A stretch of DNA of 54,628 nucleotides from a virus (IMGVR_UViG_3300009111_000007:1-54628); one strand, 5' to 3'. Positions 16,493 to 25,391 are shown, numbered from the stretch's first letter. Notes: generated by a model from the letters alone, not told the origin. Translations and numbers: made by a program.

Positions 16493-16785
16493 GTCAGGCC
16501 CTTGAGCTTCAGGATGCCGCGTCCGAGATCGTTGATGTGGTCTTGAAAAACCTCCGCCGCATCTAAAAGCTGCTGTCGCCAGTAAACCAGCGCCTTCCTG
16601 GAGTGCTCGGCGTCGCCCACGAGCCTGCCGACCTCCGTCCCTTCGGCACGCCACTGCGCCGGGAGGGCGCCTCCGGCCGCGAGGTGCAGGTGAAGACGGT
16701 GCCAGCGCCGAGCGGCGTCGGCGTCCTCCCGGTGATCGCACAATAGCCGCAGGTGCTCGGTCGGGTCCTTCAGAATGTCGCTCAC
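16489..16785 (-). CDS. Hypothetical protein
   Basis: GTGA/ATGA coupling on both sides; 'LAAGGALPAQW' motif. Confidence 0.5.
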   Translation of the reverse strand: MSDILKDPTEHLRLLCDHREDADAARRWHRLHLHLAAGGALPAQWRAEGTEVGRLVGDAEHSRKALVYWRQQLLDAAEVFQDHINDLGRGILKLKGLT

Positions 16786-17090
16786 GGCCAGTTCCCCTTG
16801 GCCACCAGCGCGGCCCACAGTTCGTCCTCCAGCGCCTTCGCGGCCGGCGGAAGCGGCGGAGATGGCTGCGGCCCCGCCACCTCCAGAAACCCCGGAACGG
16901 CCCGCGCCATGGCTTCGATCGCTGGCTGGCAGTTCGTCGGGCACATGATCCGAGTCTTGGAGCACCGCTGCTCGCCGCCGAGCAGCGACGGGCACTCGAC
17001 CTCCTCGCCCCGTGGACACCACGGCTCTCCCTTGTCTGTCCAGTGCGGCCTCACGTCCTCCGGCAACCACAGCTTCGAGATGTCGGGCAT
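16782..17090 (-). CDS. Hypothetical Cys-containing protein
   Basis: GGAGG RBS; tight packing in the operon. Confidence 0.55.
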   Translation of the reverse strand: MPDISKLWLPEDVRPHWTDKGEPWCPRGEEVECPSLLGGEQRCSKTRIMCPTNCQPAIEAMARAVPGFLEVAGPQPSPPLPPAAKALEDELWAALVAKGNWP

Positions 17091-17092
17091 GG

Positions 17093-18397
17093 CTATTCCT
17101 CCACCTTGCCATCGACGATCCGGAAGCCCGCCTGCGGCGCCCCGGTGTCCGGGCGCTCGATCCAGACCTGTGCCCCGTGCTGAGCAGCATACTCCGCCAC
17201 CAGCCGCATCCCGGCGGGGTCAAGGTGCGCGCCATCTCGCACCAGCACCACCCGAAGCTCACCGCTGCGCAGCCCCACGGCCAGCGAGATCCGCACCTGC
17301 TCGGCCTGGCTTGCCTGCTCCAGCGGGAGCCCCTTGAAGGTGACGCCGGTCTCCGACAGCCCGAGGCCATCAAGGCCCAATGCCAGCCCCCCCACAAGCC
17401 CGCGCCGCTGGGCGTCCAGGTCAGCAAGGGCGCCCGTCAGCCGCTCCGCCTCGGCGGTCTTGCTTTCCAGCTCGCGCACGAGCGCTGAACGCGCCTTGGC
17501 CGCTCGCACCTTGCGGTTGTGCTCTTCGGCGCCGGCCATCTTCTCGGCCACCGGCCCAAGATCTGGATCCACCAGCACGGCGACACGGGCCGCCTCGGCA
17601 GACGCCAACGTCTCCGCCTCGAAAGCGGCACGGTTGGCCTCGTTCGCCTTGGCGCGCATGGCAGCAAGCTTCGCCTCCATGGCCACTACCTCCACCCGGG
17701 CCCGCTCGGCAGACTCCGCCGCTCTCGCGTCGGCGGCAGCAGCCTCGGCAGCCTTCCGCCGTTCCGCTGCATTGGCCTCCCGTTGCGCCTGAAGCGCGGC
17801 CATCTCCTTGGCCATCTCGCCGATGCTCACCTCCTCCGAATCCGCCGCGACGCCCGGCACGGCAGCCATCGCCTGTAAGCGAGCTGCCAGCGCCTTGGCG
17901 TCCCTGTTGACCCCGGTGCGCTCTTCGAACAGTGCCTTGTGCCGCGCCTCCAGCGGCGCCAGATCCACACCGCCAGCGCGGAGCAACTCTGCTGCCTGCT
18001 CGCGTGGCGGCTTGCGCAGCCACGAGCCAGGGTCGTACGCCAGACCCGTCTTGGTGAGCGCATCCAGGAACGCCTGGGGCGAGGCCACAGGCCGCCCGTC
18101 CGCGTCGAACACCTTCAGGTAGGCGCCCTTGGCCGTCACCTTGCGTTCGACGCGAAACTTGGGGCCGGCCGCATCGCCCAGCACAAGGTCCACTTGCGCC
18201 GCCTTCGCGCCACGGCGGATCGGCTCTTTCGGCAGAGCGTCCGCACCCGCCAGCGCCGCCTCGATCGCCGTCAAGCTGGTAGACTTGCCGGCCCCGTTTG
18301 GCCCGGTGAGCACCACCACGGGAGATGCCGGGTCCGGCGTCACGTCCACCGCCTCGATCACTCCTAGGTCCCGCACGCGCAGTTCAAGTATTTTCAT
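17093..18397 (-). CDS. SMC/SbcC-like ABC ATPase (AAA_23 type)
   Basis: Walker A 'GPNGAGKS', central coiled coil, degenerate signature 'ASQAEQ' and Walker B 'VVLVRDG'. Confidence 0.88.
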   Translation of the reverse strand: MKILELRVRDLGVIEAVDVTPDPASPVVVLTGPNGAGKSTSLTAIEAALAGADALPKEPIRRGAKAAQVDLVLGDAAGPKFRVERKVTAKGAYLKVFDADGRPVASPQAFLDALTKTGLAYDPGSWLRKPPREQAAELLRAGGVDLAPLEARHKALFEERTGVNRDAKALAARLQAMAAVPGVAADSEEVSIGEMAKEMAALQAQREANAAERRKAAEAAAADARAAESAERARVEVVAMEAKLAAMRAKANEANRAAFEAETLASAEAARVAVLVDPDLGPVAEKMAGAEEHNRKVRAAKARSALVRELESKTAEAERLTGALADLDAQRRGLVGGLALGLDGLGLSETGVTFKGLPLEQASQAEQVRISLAVGLRSGELRVVLVRDGAHLDPAGMRLVAEYAAQHGAQVWIERPDTGAPQAGFRIVDGKVEE

Positions 18398-18399
18398 GG

Positions 18400-19524
18400 C
18401 TACCCCCTCGATCCTGGCTCAGCGGGCGCTGCCTCGCGGTCGGCAACGGCCTTGATGCGGTCGCCGATCTTCTTGCGCTCGGGCAATTTCGCCGGCAGCC
18501 TGCGCACCTCCGTCACCAGCTCCTCGTAGATGGACTGCGGCCACTTCTCGTTGGCGCTCTCCCACTCCGTCAACTTGATCTCGGCCCACTCGGGCCAGAC
18601 GGCCATCGGCTCGGCAGGCTTGGTCGTCTCCGCCGGCTTGTCCGGCGTGGTGGACTGGTCCTCGATGAGCATCTTCTTGGCCGGCGCCCCCGACCCGGCC
18701 ACTGGCACGACCTCCACCTCGCGCGCGGTAGGCGGCTCGATGGTCTCGCGGATGGCCGGCTCAGGCAGCGCCGCCGGGGCCTGGATGGTAATGGGGCGGA
18801 CGTTCTCCACGCGGGCGGCCTCGCCCATGTCCTTCTCTTCGCCCTGCTCGTGCTCGTACTCCATGATCCGCTCGGTGTTCTCGCCGAAAGCATGGGAGCG
18901 AGCGAACTCCTTGGCCGCGCCCTTGATTGCCATCTCCAGAGGCCAGGTCGCCCACGCCGACGCGCCCCGCCTGCTCGGGTCCTTTACGCGCCCCTGCACT
19001 TGGTCCCGGACGGCCACGCACTTGCCCTTGTCGCGGAACGCCAGCGCCACACCGCCCTCCCGCAGATAGGCGCGGGCAAAAACGAACTCCATGCGCTCAA
19101 ACGTCCGAGCGCAACTCATGTTCCGCCGGTACCGATAGTGCACGCCGTTCTCGTCCTCGAAGTAGTCGAACTCGTCTTCCGGCATCTTGGCCTCAAACAT
19201 GAAGCCGCCGGGCCTAACAAGCCCGTCCCGCTCAAATGCGCGCATGTACCCCTTGTAGCCGACAACGAGAATCACGCCGCCACTGCCCGGGGTGATCACC
19301 GCCTCCCCTCGCGCGCCCCAGTTGGGACGCAGGCCCAGCGCAGCGCACTCAACGAGCCGCTGCGGGAACAGCTCCTCTTTGAGCAGGCTGGGATTTTGCC
19401 GAACCAACGTCGCGGCTGCCACGGCGAACTCTGGCCCCATGCCCTTCAGGCCTTCCGGCAGCGCCGCCTGCCAACGAGCCGCTTCTGACTTCTTCAGCTC
19501 CTCCCACGTCGCCAGTTTGCTCAC
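18400..19524 (-). CDS. recT: RecT-family single-strand annealing protein
   Basis: 'VECAALGLRPN...GEAVITP...LVVGYKG' and 'SAWATWPLEMAIK' are RecT hallmarks. GTG start coupled to the upstream TGA. Confidence 0.8.
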   Translation of the reverse strand: MSKLATWEELKKSEAARWQAALPEGLKGMGPEFAVAAATLVRQNPSLLKEELFPQRLVECAALGLRPNWGARGEAVITPGSGGVILVVGYKGYMRAFERDGLVRPGGFMFEAKMPEDEFDYFEDENGVHYRYRRNMSCARTFERMEFVFARAYLREGGVALAFRDKGKCVAVRDQVQGRVKDPSRRGASAWATWPLEMAIKGAAKEFARSHAFGENTERIMEYEHEQGEEKDMGEAARVENVRPITIQAPAALPEPAIRETIEPPTAREVEVVPVAGSGAPAKKMLIEDQSTTPDKPAETTKPAEPMAVWPEWAEIKLTEWESANEKWPQSIYEELVTEVRRLPAKLPERKKIGDRIKAVADREAAPAEPGSRG

Positions 19525-19973
19525 TTCGTCTCTCCTGCCGCTTCCGCGGCCTTTGAGGGAAGCTCCCATAGCTCCCCGTCCTTCAGCCACCTGCCGCACC
19601 AGCCGCTCTCGGTCGGGTGCGAACGGCGAGTATGGTACGTCAGCGACCTGACGGTCACCTCCAGGCCGCACTTCGAGCACGTCACGGTCTCCAGCTCTTT
19701 GGCGCGGCTGACGGCCAGCTCGCGCTCGAGGTGCATGATGTCCGCCATCTTCGCGCCGAGAAGAGCGACAAGCGCCTCGAAGGCATTCGGCGCCTCGCTC
19801 TTCGCGGCGATGGCGCGAAGCATCTCCCGCTCGTGCGCCAGTTCCCGCTGCGCATCGGCCGCCCTCTGCTCGGCCTCCCGCGCCAGCTTGACGAGCCTGG
19901 CCAGCGCACCCACGCCGGAGCCGCGGACCTGCTCCATCAGCTTGGCGTCCAGCTCGGCGATGTCGTCGCTCAC
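19521..19973 (-). CDS. Coiled-coil protein with a Cys/His zinc-ribbon
   Basis: GTGA coupling; 'VTCSKCG...HTRRSH...WC'. Confidence 0.55.
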   Translation of the reverse strand: MSDDIAELDAKLMEQVRGSGVGALARLVKLAREAEQRAADAQRELAHEREMLRAIAAKSEAPNAFEALVALLGAKMADIMHLERELAVSRAKELETVTCSKCGLEVTVRSLTYHTRRSHPTESGWCGRWLKDGELWELPSKAAEAAGETK

Positions 19974-20281
19974 GGGCAATCTCCCGGGCGACGTTCGGAA
20001 GGGCGCGGCGGCAACTTTGCCAGCCACGCCACGTCGAAAGCCCTCGACGCCTCTTCCGGCGACGTTCCGAACCCGGCCACGCCGTCCTAAATGTTCTCGC
20101 CCAGCAAGATGCACCACTGGGTGCCGTCGATGCTGAACTTGAGCTGGCCGCTGGCCAACAGGAGATGGAAGGGGCGCGCCAGTTCTATCGCGGCCGTGTA
20201 CCTCAGCCCGGCGGCGGCATTGTCTTGCGCTGCCGCTTCCAGTAACTGCGCCATCTCCGCGCTTCTGTCCGGTCCGCTCAT
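19970..20281 (-). pseudogene. Conserved phage protein interrupted by an in-frame TAG at 20087-20089
   Basis: 'DGTQWCILLGENI*DGVAGFGTSPEEASRAFD' continues in frame to a TGA that overlaps the next gene's GTG. Confidence 0.7.
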
Positions 20282-20565
20282 AGCTCCGTTCCGGCCTCAA
20301 AAAGCGCTACGGCAGCAAGATCAAGAAGCCGCCGAAGCTCCCTCATGGCAGCCCGCCCGCGCTCATCCTCGGGATATGGCTCCCCTTGGCTCGACCACAG
20401 GCCATAGAGCGCGTGACGGCTCTGCTGTAGGACATCAACAAGCAGCGGCGCCGCGGCCATCTGCCGGCCGAGCCCGTCCCGCTCGGGACCCGGTTGCAGG
20501 CTCGCAACCTGCTTGCCGGTCTCGTCGACGATGACGCCAAGCTCGGGGTCATAGGTCAGGCCCAT
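20278..20565 (-). CDS. Hypothetical phage protein ('MAAAP' motif family)
   Basis: GGAGGG RBS and coupled start; ATGA coupling at the 3' end. Confidence 0.55.
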   Translation of the reverse strand: MGLTYDPELGVIVDETGKQVASLQPGPERDGLGRQMAAAPLLVDVLQQSRHALYGLWSSQGEPYPEDERGRAAMRELRRLLDLAAVALFEAGTEL

Positions 20566-20759
20566 CACCACGCCCTCCATCCATGGGCCCTGTCCTCTCG
20601 TTCCAGGGCCGCCGTAGGCGCGGGGTAGTTCTCAACCGGCCCCTTGGCGCCGTAAATCCACTCGTGCAATTCGGCGCGCTCGGCCTCCGTCAGCCGCTTC
20701 GGAAAAACCCCGTAGCCACGGTTATGGCTTGCTTGAATGACCATTGCTCGATCGTTCAT
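20565..20759 (-). CDS. Small hypothetical protein
   Basis: GGGAGAG RBS; packed in the operon. Confidence 0.55.
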   Translation of the reverse strand: MNDRAMVIQASHNRGYGVFPKRLTEAERAELHEWIYGAKGPVENYPAPTAALEREDRAHGWRAW

Positions 20760-20768
20760 GGTCTCTCC

Positions 20769-21011
20769 CTACAGCGCCCCGCGCTCGAGGTGCCCGTAGC
20801 TGCCGCTGGCCTTCATCGCCAACAGCGCCCGCGAGCAAATCTCGTGCCACCACGGCATGACGTACCTATCGGCCATCTGCACGCCGCGGAGGCGAGCCGC
20901 GTGCCGCTTGGCGTACTTCGACTCCCCGCCGGGGTTTGCCAAGCCGGCGGCCTTCGCGGCCTTTTTCTGCGCCCGCGCCCTCATGAGTTTTTCGGTTCTC
21001 TTCGACGGCAT
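20769..21011 (-). CDS. Small basic protein, first gene of the leftward operon
   Basis: AAGGAGAAGG RBS; Arg/Lys-rich N-terminus 'MPSKRTEKLMRARAQKKAAKAA'. Confidence 0.6.
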   Translation of the reverse strand: MPSKRTEKLMRARAQKKAAKAAGLANPGGESKYAKRHAARLRGVQMADRYVMPWWHEICSRALLAMKASGSYGHLERGAL

Positions 21012-21120
21012 GGCCTTCTCCTTCTCCTTCAGGTTGGACTTCTTTCGTCTTCGCTCACCTATCCCCGAGCTGCGCCCGTGGCGACTTCCGCAAGGTGGAC
21101 CGTGGCCTCGAGTTGCAGGC

Positions 21121-21171
21121 AGACTACCGGCCGGTATAACGCTTGTCAAGCGCTCGTATAGCGGCTAGGAT
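21121..21171. promoter_or_regulatory. Divergent sigma70 promoters with overlapping -35 boxes
   Basis: Leftward TTGACA(21149-21144)-N17-TAGTCT; rightward TTGTCA(21143-21148)-N17-TAGGAT; palindromes CGCTTG-T-CAAGCG and TACCGGCCGGTA. Confidence 0.8.
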
Positions 21172-21192
21172 GCTCGGTCGAAAGGGGGCCGA

Positions 21193-21417
21193 ATGGCCAG
21201 GAAAGCGATGAAAACGACGGCGTTTCGGCTGCCGGAGCCGATGATCCGGTGGCTGAAGAGGAGCTCGCGGGCGCTTGGGATGGACCGATCCGAGCGCTTG
21301 CGCGGACTGCTCGTGGCGGAGATGCTTCGCGAGGAGGAGGAGGAGGAGGAGGAGACGGCGGAAGCGGTCCGCGAGCAGCAGACCATCCGGGAGAATCTGG
21401 GGGTGCCGCGTGGCTAG
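21193..21417 (+). CDS. Ribbon-helix-helix (CopG/Arc-like) transcriptional regulator
   Basis: 'KTTAFRLPEPMIRWLKRSSRALGMDRSERLRGLL'; first gene after the rightward promoter; acidic (GAG)8 tail. Confidence 0.75.
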   Translation: MARKAMKTTAFRLPEPMIRWLKRSSRALGMDRSERLRGLLVAEMLREEEEEEEETAEAVREQQTIRENLGVPRG

Positions 21418-21622
21418 CATGATTTTGGCTCTGACGCTGCTTTCGCTGGCGGTGTCCGGCTGGGGATGGGCCTACCACCTTTGGTGCGAGCTGTGCGACG
21501 AGCGGCGGGCGGCGGTGGATGGCGACGTCGACTTCGGGGGCATCAAGACGACCTCAACTCTTTCGGTGGCTCCCGGGGCCATGATCGACTGGATCCATGC
21601 GCCCGCTCGGAAGGCGCCATGA
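21410..21622 (+). CDS. Small membrane protein
   Basis: N-terminal TM 'MILALTLLSLAVSGWGWAY'; coupled to its neighbours. Confidence 0.5.
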   Translation: MASMILALTLLSLAVSGWGWAYHLWCELCDERRAAVDGDVDFGGIKTTSTLSVAPGAMIDWIHAPARKAP

Positions 21623-22023
21623 GTTCCGCCTCGAAGATGCGCGACGGCCCTTCGGACGCTGCGCGGGCAGGCCAAGCTGCGCAAGCGGAGGGGCATGTGA
21701 TCACCGCCGAGTTTGCGGCTACTCGCCCGTGGGCGCAGAAGCTGGCGGCACACTTTCGCCTGCACTGCGGCTTGGACCTGGCCGAGCTGGTGCCGGGTTC
21801 GGTGCGCGGATACTGGATGCGGCGTAAGGCTTGCGGCGGCCTTGCCGGTGGCTGTAGGCATCCGCTGCACGCCTACCTCGGGCGCCAGAACGCCATGAAT
21901 CATAGCGCCAGCTTCACGGATCCCTCGACGCTCGTCAAGGGGCGGTTTTTCTCCCCCTACCGGACCTGGAAGCTGGCTTGCGAGGCGCTGGCAGACGGCA
22001 CGTGGCCGGGAGGAGACCCGTGA
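21619..22023 (+). CDS. Hypothetical protein
   Basis: ATGA coupling; protein-like composition. Confidence 0.5.
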   Translation: MSSASKMRDGPSDAARAGQAAQAEGHVITAEFAATRPWAQKLAAHFRLHCGLDLAELVPGSVRGYWMRRKACGGLAGGCRHPLHAYLGRQNAMNHSASFTDPSTLVKGRFFSPYRTWKLACEALADGTWPGGDP

Positions 22024-22229
22024 TGCCGAGGTGCCCCTGCGGCGAAGATGCGGCCGTTGCCTCGTGCTGGTGCGAGTCCTGTGCCAAACCCCTGTGTGCA
22101 GAGTGCATCGCCGGAAGCGAACAGGAGATGGCGGATTCACCAGGGGCAGAGACGGCGAAATGCCTCTGTCGTCCCTGCTACGACCGAGTGCTCGGGGCGG
22201 GGCACCACGAGGAGGACGACGGTGACTGA
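22023..22229 (+). CDS. Small Cys-rich (B-box-like) zinc-binding protein
   Basis: 'CPC...CWCESCAKPLCAEC...CLCRPC'; GGAGGAG RBS. Confidence 0.55.
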   Translation: MPRCPCGEDAAVASCWCESCAKPLCAECIAGSEQEMADSPGAETAKCLCRPCYDRVLGAGHHEEDDGD

Positions 22230-22920
22230 ACGACCGATTCTGTGCAGCGACAGCGTGGCGCTGGCCATCCGGGAGGGCCGACAGACGCAGCACCGGGTGC
22301 CGATGCGACCGCAACCCGTCATCGGGGACGATGGCGTTTGGTATCCGGCCGCGCCCAGGAAGCCCGCTCACCAGAGCCGTCACTACGCGAACGAGGAGCA
22401 TTTTAGGAGGGGGGTTGCGTTAGACTTCGCCCCATGGCAGCCCGGGGATGTGCTGTACGTGCGCGAGTGCTGGCGGACCACGGAGCTCGTCAACGGCCTG
22501 GACGGCTTTCGGTACCGCGCTGACGGAGCGTTTTGGCCGATCGCGAATACGAAGGAGGCGGCCGATCGATGGCTGGCCGTTCACCGGGCGTCGGGAGCGT
22601 GGCGCCCCTCCATCCACATGCCGAAGCTGGCGGCCAGGACGTGGACTGGTCCTGTCGCGCGGACGTGGATCGAGCGCGTGCAGGACATCTCCGAGGAGGA
22701 CGCGCGCGCCGAGGGGATTCGGCCGTTGACCGGCCAGGCGGGTCAGCCGGGGTGCTGGTACACCGGCAACGTCGCCGCGGGTCCACCGCTGCACGCGCGC
22801 TCCGCGAGGGAGGCCTATCGCAGGCTGATCGAGGCGCTCTATCCCGGCATCTGGGAGAGCAACGTCTGGCTCTGGTGCTGCGCTTTCGAGCTTGACCGCG
22901 AACGCCCGGGTGTCCTGTGA
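22222..22920 (+). CDS. Conserved phage protein, ASCH-like fold
   Basis: 'ERPIL...AIREGRQTQHR', 'PGDVLYVRE', 'WRPSIHMP', 'IERVQDISEEDARAEG'. Confidence 0.8.
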   Translation: MTERPILCSDSVALAIREGRQTQHRVPMRPQPVIGDDGVWYPAAPRKPAHQSRHYANEEHFRRGVALDFAPWQPGDVLYVRECWRTTELVNGLDGFRYRADGAFWPIANTKEAADRWLAVHRASGAWRPSIHMPKLAARTWTGPVARTWIERVQDISEEDARAEGIRPLTGQAGQPGCWYTGNVAAGPPLHARSAREAYRRLIEALYPGIWESNVWLWCCAFELDRERPGVL

Positions 22921-23055
22921 CAGCCGCCGAACGCCGCGCCCATGCTCTCGTGGCTGAGGTTCTATCGGGAGACGTGCTTGCCTATCGGGAGCCACGGGCG
23001 GTGGCCGACGCCGTGCGCGCCATCATCGCCTACCATCGCAAGAAAGGTGCAGCTC

Positions 23056-23229
23056 GTGACACGAAGTGAGGCGAGAACGAAGCGTGCGCGGCTGGTGGAG
23101 GTCTTGCGTCGGGAGCCGGAACTGACGAGCACGGAGCTGGCGGAGCGGCTCGGCGTCTCACTCAAGGCCGCTCAGGCCTGGGCGGCGCCGATTCGGGCGG
23201 CCATGAGAAGCGCGAAGGTCACGCCATGA
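23056..23229 (+). CDS. Small helix-turn-helix protein
   Basis: 'PELTSTELAERLGVS'; AAAGG RBS. Confidence 0.6.
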   Translation: MTRSEARTKRARLVEVLRREPELTSTELAERLGVSLKAAQAWAAPIRAAMRSAKVTP

Positions 23230-23726
23230 AACTCCGACTGCGCCCGTGGACGGTGAAGCGCTCGGATGCACTCGAGTTTGTCCGCCGAGTGCATCGCCGG
23301 CTGCCTCGCGTACAGGGTGTGATGTGGGCTATCTCCGTGCGAAGCGGGACCGAGATCGTCGGCGTCGCGCTTGTCGGCTGGCCGTCGAGGTTGCAGACCA
23401 GCGACGAGATGGATCATCTTCGCGTCCTCCGGATGGCCGTGAAAGAGGGCTACCCCAACGCCTGCTCGATGCTGTACGGCGCGTGCTGGCGAGCGGCTCG
23501 GGCAATGGGTTGCGACAGCATGGACACCTTCACGCACGCCGACGAACCCGGCACGAGCTTGCGGGCCGCCGGCTGGGTAGAGGACGGATGGACTCGCGGA
23601 GGTGAGCACACCAGGGCAGGCCGGCCGCGCCCCCTCCAGGTGGATGCCTTCCCGAAGCGGCGCTGGTGGGCGCCCGGCTCGGTCAAGGCGCCCAGGGCGC
23701 TTGACGGCCGAGCGGGCAAGCGGTAG
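23226..23726 (+). CDS. XF1762-family / Mom-like GNAT-fold protein
   Basis: 'FVRRVHRR', 'IVGVALVGWP', 'NACSMLYGACWRAARAMG', 'EPGTSLRAAGW'. Confidence 0.75.
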   Translation: MKLRLRPWTVKRSDALEFVRRVHRRLPRVQGVMWAISVRSGTEIVGVALVGWPSRLQTSDEMDHLRVLRMAVKEGYPNACSMLYGACWRAARAMGCDSMDTFTHADEPGTSLRAAGWVEDGWTRGGEHTRAGRPRPLQVDAFPKRRWWAPGSVKAPRALDGRAGKR

Positions 23727-23776
23727 GCTGGTATGAGGTGCTCGGGGTGGAAGCCGGGCTTCGACTTACGCGGGAC

Positions 23777-23793
23777 GCCCCTCGGGGCTTTTG
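23777..23793 (+). terminator. Possible short intrinsic terminator
   Basis: GCCC-CTCG-GGGC followed by TTTT. Confidence 0.4.
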
Positions 23794-23853
23794 CTGCTCC
23801 CCGCCGCCGGCAACTTCCACCCGGCGGCGGGTGAGCGGCGCTTGAGGTGCAAG

Positions 23854-24354
23854 ATGCTCGTGGACGAGATGACGAAAGTGGTAGGCCTCACCCCATACGG
23901 AAACTGCCCGGTCCAGGCGGAAGGCACCGTGAACGGCAATCCGGCGTACTTCCGTGCTCGCGGGGACGGGTGGAGTTTCGCCGTGTCCCTTCCCGGCGTG
24001 GATCCGGTGAACATCAACGCGGCCACGGATGCCGGCGCCGTCTACTACCGGGAGGGGAATTGGGGCGCGTGGCCCGACGCCGGGTGGATGGCCGAGATCG
24101 AGGCCGCCGCCATCATCACCGACTGCGTCGCGGAGATGGGCGGCGTGCCTTGGCCACGACGTCACGCCGGCCGTGTTGAACTGGCTCTGCGCGGCCTGCC
24201 AAACGTCGTTCTGGGGTGGTTTGGGCGCGTGCCCCGCTGGTGCCGCCCGGTGGCGTGGCTGCTGTTCAAGGCGTGGCGCTTTGCCGCGTGGCTCGTCGGC
24301 CCGGCCGTTCGGGAGCTGGCGCTGCGCCGGGGCGCCGGCAGCGGGGAGGGGTGA
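23854..24354 (+). CDS. Hypothetical phage protein ('GNCPVQAEG...YFRARG' family)
   Basis: GAGG RBS; recognisable aromatic-rich motif. Confidence 0.6.
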   Translation: MLVDEMTKVVGLTPYGNCPVQAEGTVNGNPAYFRARGDGWSFAVSLPGVDPVNINAATDAGAVYYREGNWGAWPDAGWMAEIEAAAIITDCVAEMGGVPWPRRHAGRVELALRGLPNVVLGWFGRVPRWCRPVAWLLFKAWRFAAWLVGPAVRELALRRGAGSGEG

Positions 24355-25391
24355 TGGAGGGGAGCATTCGACGTGCGTTGGCTGGGCAGCGAGTTGTGGC
24401 GTCGGTGTCCGGCGGCAAGGACAGCGCCGCCCTGAGCCTCTGGCTGACCGAGCAGGGCATCGAGCACGATAGGGTGTTCTTGGATACCGACTGGGAACGC
24501 CCCGCCACGTACGAGTACCTGAGAGGAGAGTTGACGCGGGTCATCGGCCCCATCACGGAGGTCAAGGCGCCCAAGGGCATGGCGGACCTGATCCGGAGCA
24601 AGGCTATGTTTCCGTCTCGGCTCATCAGGTTTTGTACGCAGTCGTTGAAGATAGAGCCGATGATTGACCATCTTGTTAATGGATGGGGCTCACACGCTTG
24701 CCAGCAGTGCGGCGCCCTGGGGAGCAAGGAGGATATCGAGGACGAGTGTGAATGCGGGGGTGATTTCGCGCCCAGGCCGACCGTCAACGCGGTTGGAATT
24801 CGCCACCAAGAAAGCGCGGCGCGAGCAGGGCTCCCTGAATGGGAGTATACCGAGGACTTTCCGGTGCCTATCTGGCGTCCTTTGGTGCGGTGGACCGAGG
24901 CCGAGGTGGTCGCAATTCATAAGCGACACGGGCTTAAGCCCAACCCGTTGTATTTACTCGGTGCTTCGCGGGTCGGGTGCTGGCCCTGCATCTACGCGCG
25001 CAAGTCGGAAATCCGCCTACTTACTGAGGTGGACCCCAGCCGAGTCGAGGTGATCCGCGCGTTGGAGGCGGAGATCGCGAGACCCGCGCAGGAGCGGTAC
25101 GAGCGCGATCGGGCGGCGTGGCTTGCTGATCCGCCACCGAAACCAGAGGACGAGTGGGGTGCCACAAAGTGGGAGCACAAGCGACGCCGACTTGAGGCGC
25201 CGTTTAGCCCTCCAGCTTGGTTCCAGAGCCAAGCCCCCGATCGGGCCGGCCACTACCGCATGCTGCCGATCGACGAGGTGGTGAGGTGGGCGCGCACCTC
25301 GCGCGGGGGGCGACAGTACGAGATGTTCGGCCAGGATCCGGACGCGGGCTGCATGCGCTGGGGCATGTGCGACACGGGCGGGGCTGGGTGA
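24354..25391 (+). CDS. Phosphoadenosine phosphosulfate (PAPS) reductase-family PP-loop protein
   Basis: 'SVSGGKDS', 'DTDWE', 'RFCTQSLKIEP', 'GIRHQESAARA', 'NPLYLLGASRVGCWPC'. Confidence 0.9.
   Translation: MEGSIRRALAGQRVVASVSGGKDSAALSLWLTEQGIEHDRVFLDTDWERPATYEYLRGELTRVIGPITEVKAPKGMADLIRSKAMFPSRLIRFCTQSLKIEPMIDHLVNGWGSHACQQCGALGSKEDIEDECECGGDFAPRPTVNAVGIRHQESAARAGLPEWEYTEDFPVPIWRPLVRWTEAEVVAIHKRHGLKPNPLYLLGASRVGCWPCIYARKSEIRLLTEVDPSRVEVIRALEAEIARPAQERYERDRAAWLADPPPKPEDEWGATKWEHKRRRLEAPFSPPAWFQSQAPDRAGHYRMLPIDEVVRWARTSRGGRQYEMFGQDPDAGCMRWGMCDTGGAG

Noticed and set aside
20087-20089. Genome-wide TAG recoding
   Set aside because: TAG is a clear terminator for the capsid (48111), decoration (49515) and other genes, and no CUA-anticodon tRNA is present.
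21331-21354. (GAG)8 run, and G-runs at 30872-30881 and 33137-33145, as phase-variation tracts
   Set aside because: The triplet run is in frame (poly-Glu), one G-run encodes poly-Pro and the other lies outside the promoter spacer; no evidence of switching in a single sequence.
24354-25391. PAPS-reductase-like gene as a Dnd phosphorothioation system or sulfur-assimilation gene
   Set aside because: No dndA/B/D/E, ssp or cys genes nearby; stand-alone members are common in phages.
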